Part shown: positions 63,782-64,000 of the stretch, piece by piece
How the letters are laid out: every line of letters begins with the position of its first letter
How positions within the stretch are numbered: position 1 is the stretch's first letter
Source: the human T2T-CHM13v2.0 reference genome, Homo sapiens
Assembly: GCA_009914755.4 (NCBI GenBank)
Contig: CP068257.2
Location: forward strand, 35,488,001-35,552,000
Direction: 5' to 3'
DNA length: 64,000 nucleotides
Translations under genes and position numbers: made by a program
The notes under the pieces: generated by a model
The model's input: only the letters and a program-made list of their open reading frames with translations
Database searches by the model: none
What the model was told of the DNA's origin: nothing

Positions 63782-64000
63782 GGCTGGGTGTGGTGGCTCA
63801 TGCCTGTAATCCCAGCACTTTGGGAGGCTGAGGTGGGTGGATCACGAGGTTAGGAGTTTGAGACCAGCCTGGCCAACATAGTAAAACCCCATCTCTACTA
63901 AAAATTAAAAAAAATTAGCTGGGCGTGGTGGTGGACACCTGTAACCCCAGCTACTTGGGAGGCTGAGGCAGGAGAATCGCTTGAACCCAGGAGGCACAGG
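63782..64000 (+). mobile_element. Alu (runs past the window edge)
   Basis: ggctgggtgtggtggctcatgcctgtaatcccagcactttgggaggctgaggtgggtggatcacgaggttaggagtttgagaccagcctggcc ... Confidence 0.9.

Overview
This window is human/primate nuclear DNA, not a prokaryotic locus. It carries about 30 Alu copies, two primate L1PA elements (one full length) with older L1 fragments, a Tigger1 DNA transposon and MaLR-type LTRs. Threaded through this repeat-rich intronic sequence are 24 consecutive plus-strand coding exons whose splice phases stay consistent from about 2.6 kb to 61.8 kb. The concatenated peptide is TPR-rich with lysine-rich tracts, and it matches what I recall of human TTC3 (tetratricopeptide repeat domain 3, chr21q22). 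That gene symbol comes from memory, not from a search. The gene runs off both ends of the window: the first exon starts mid-codon and the last exon ends at a GT donor. I found no CRISPR array, no operon and no unfamiliar system. The notable points are structural. They are a 5 x 17-aa in-frame tandem repeat inside the 1,066-nt exon, a roughly 640-bp intra-intronic direct duplication, and a full-length sense-oriented L1 with intact 13-bp target-site duplications (TSDs). There is also a Tigger1 carrying a nested L1 3' fragment with its own 17-bp TSD. Several Alu pairs flank exons in inverted or direct orientation. All coordinates were counted by hand from the printed sequence and may be off by a base or two.
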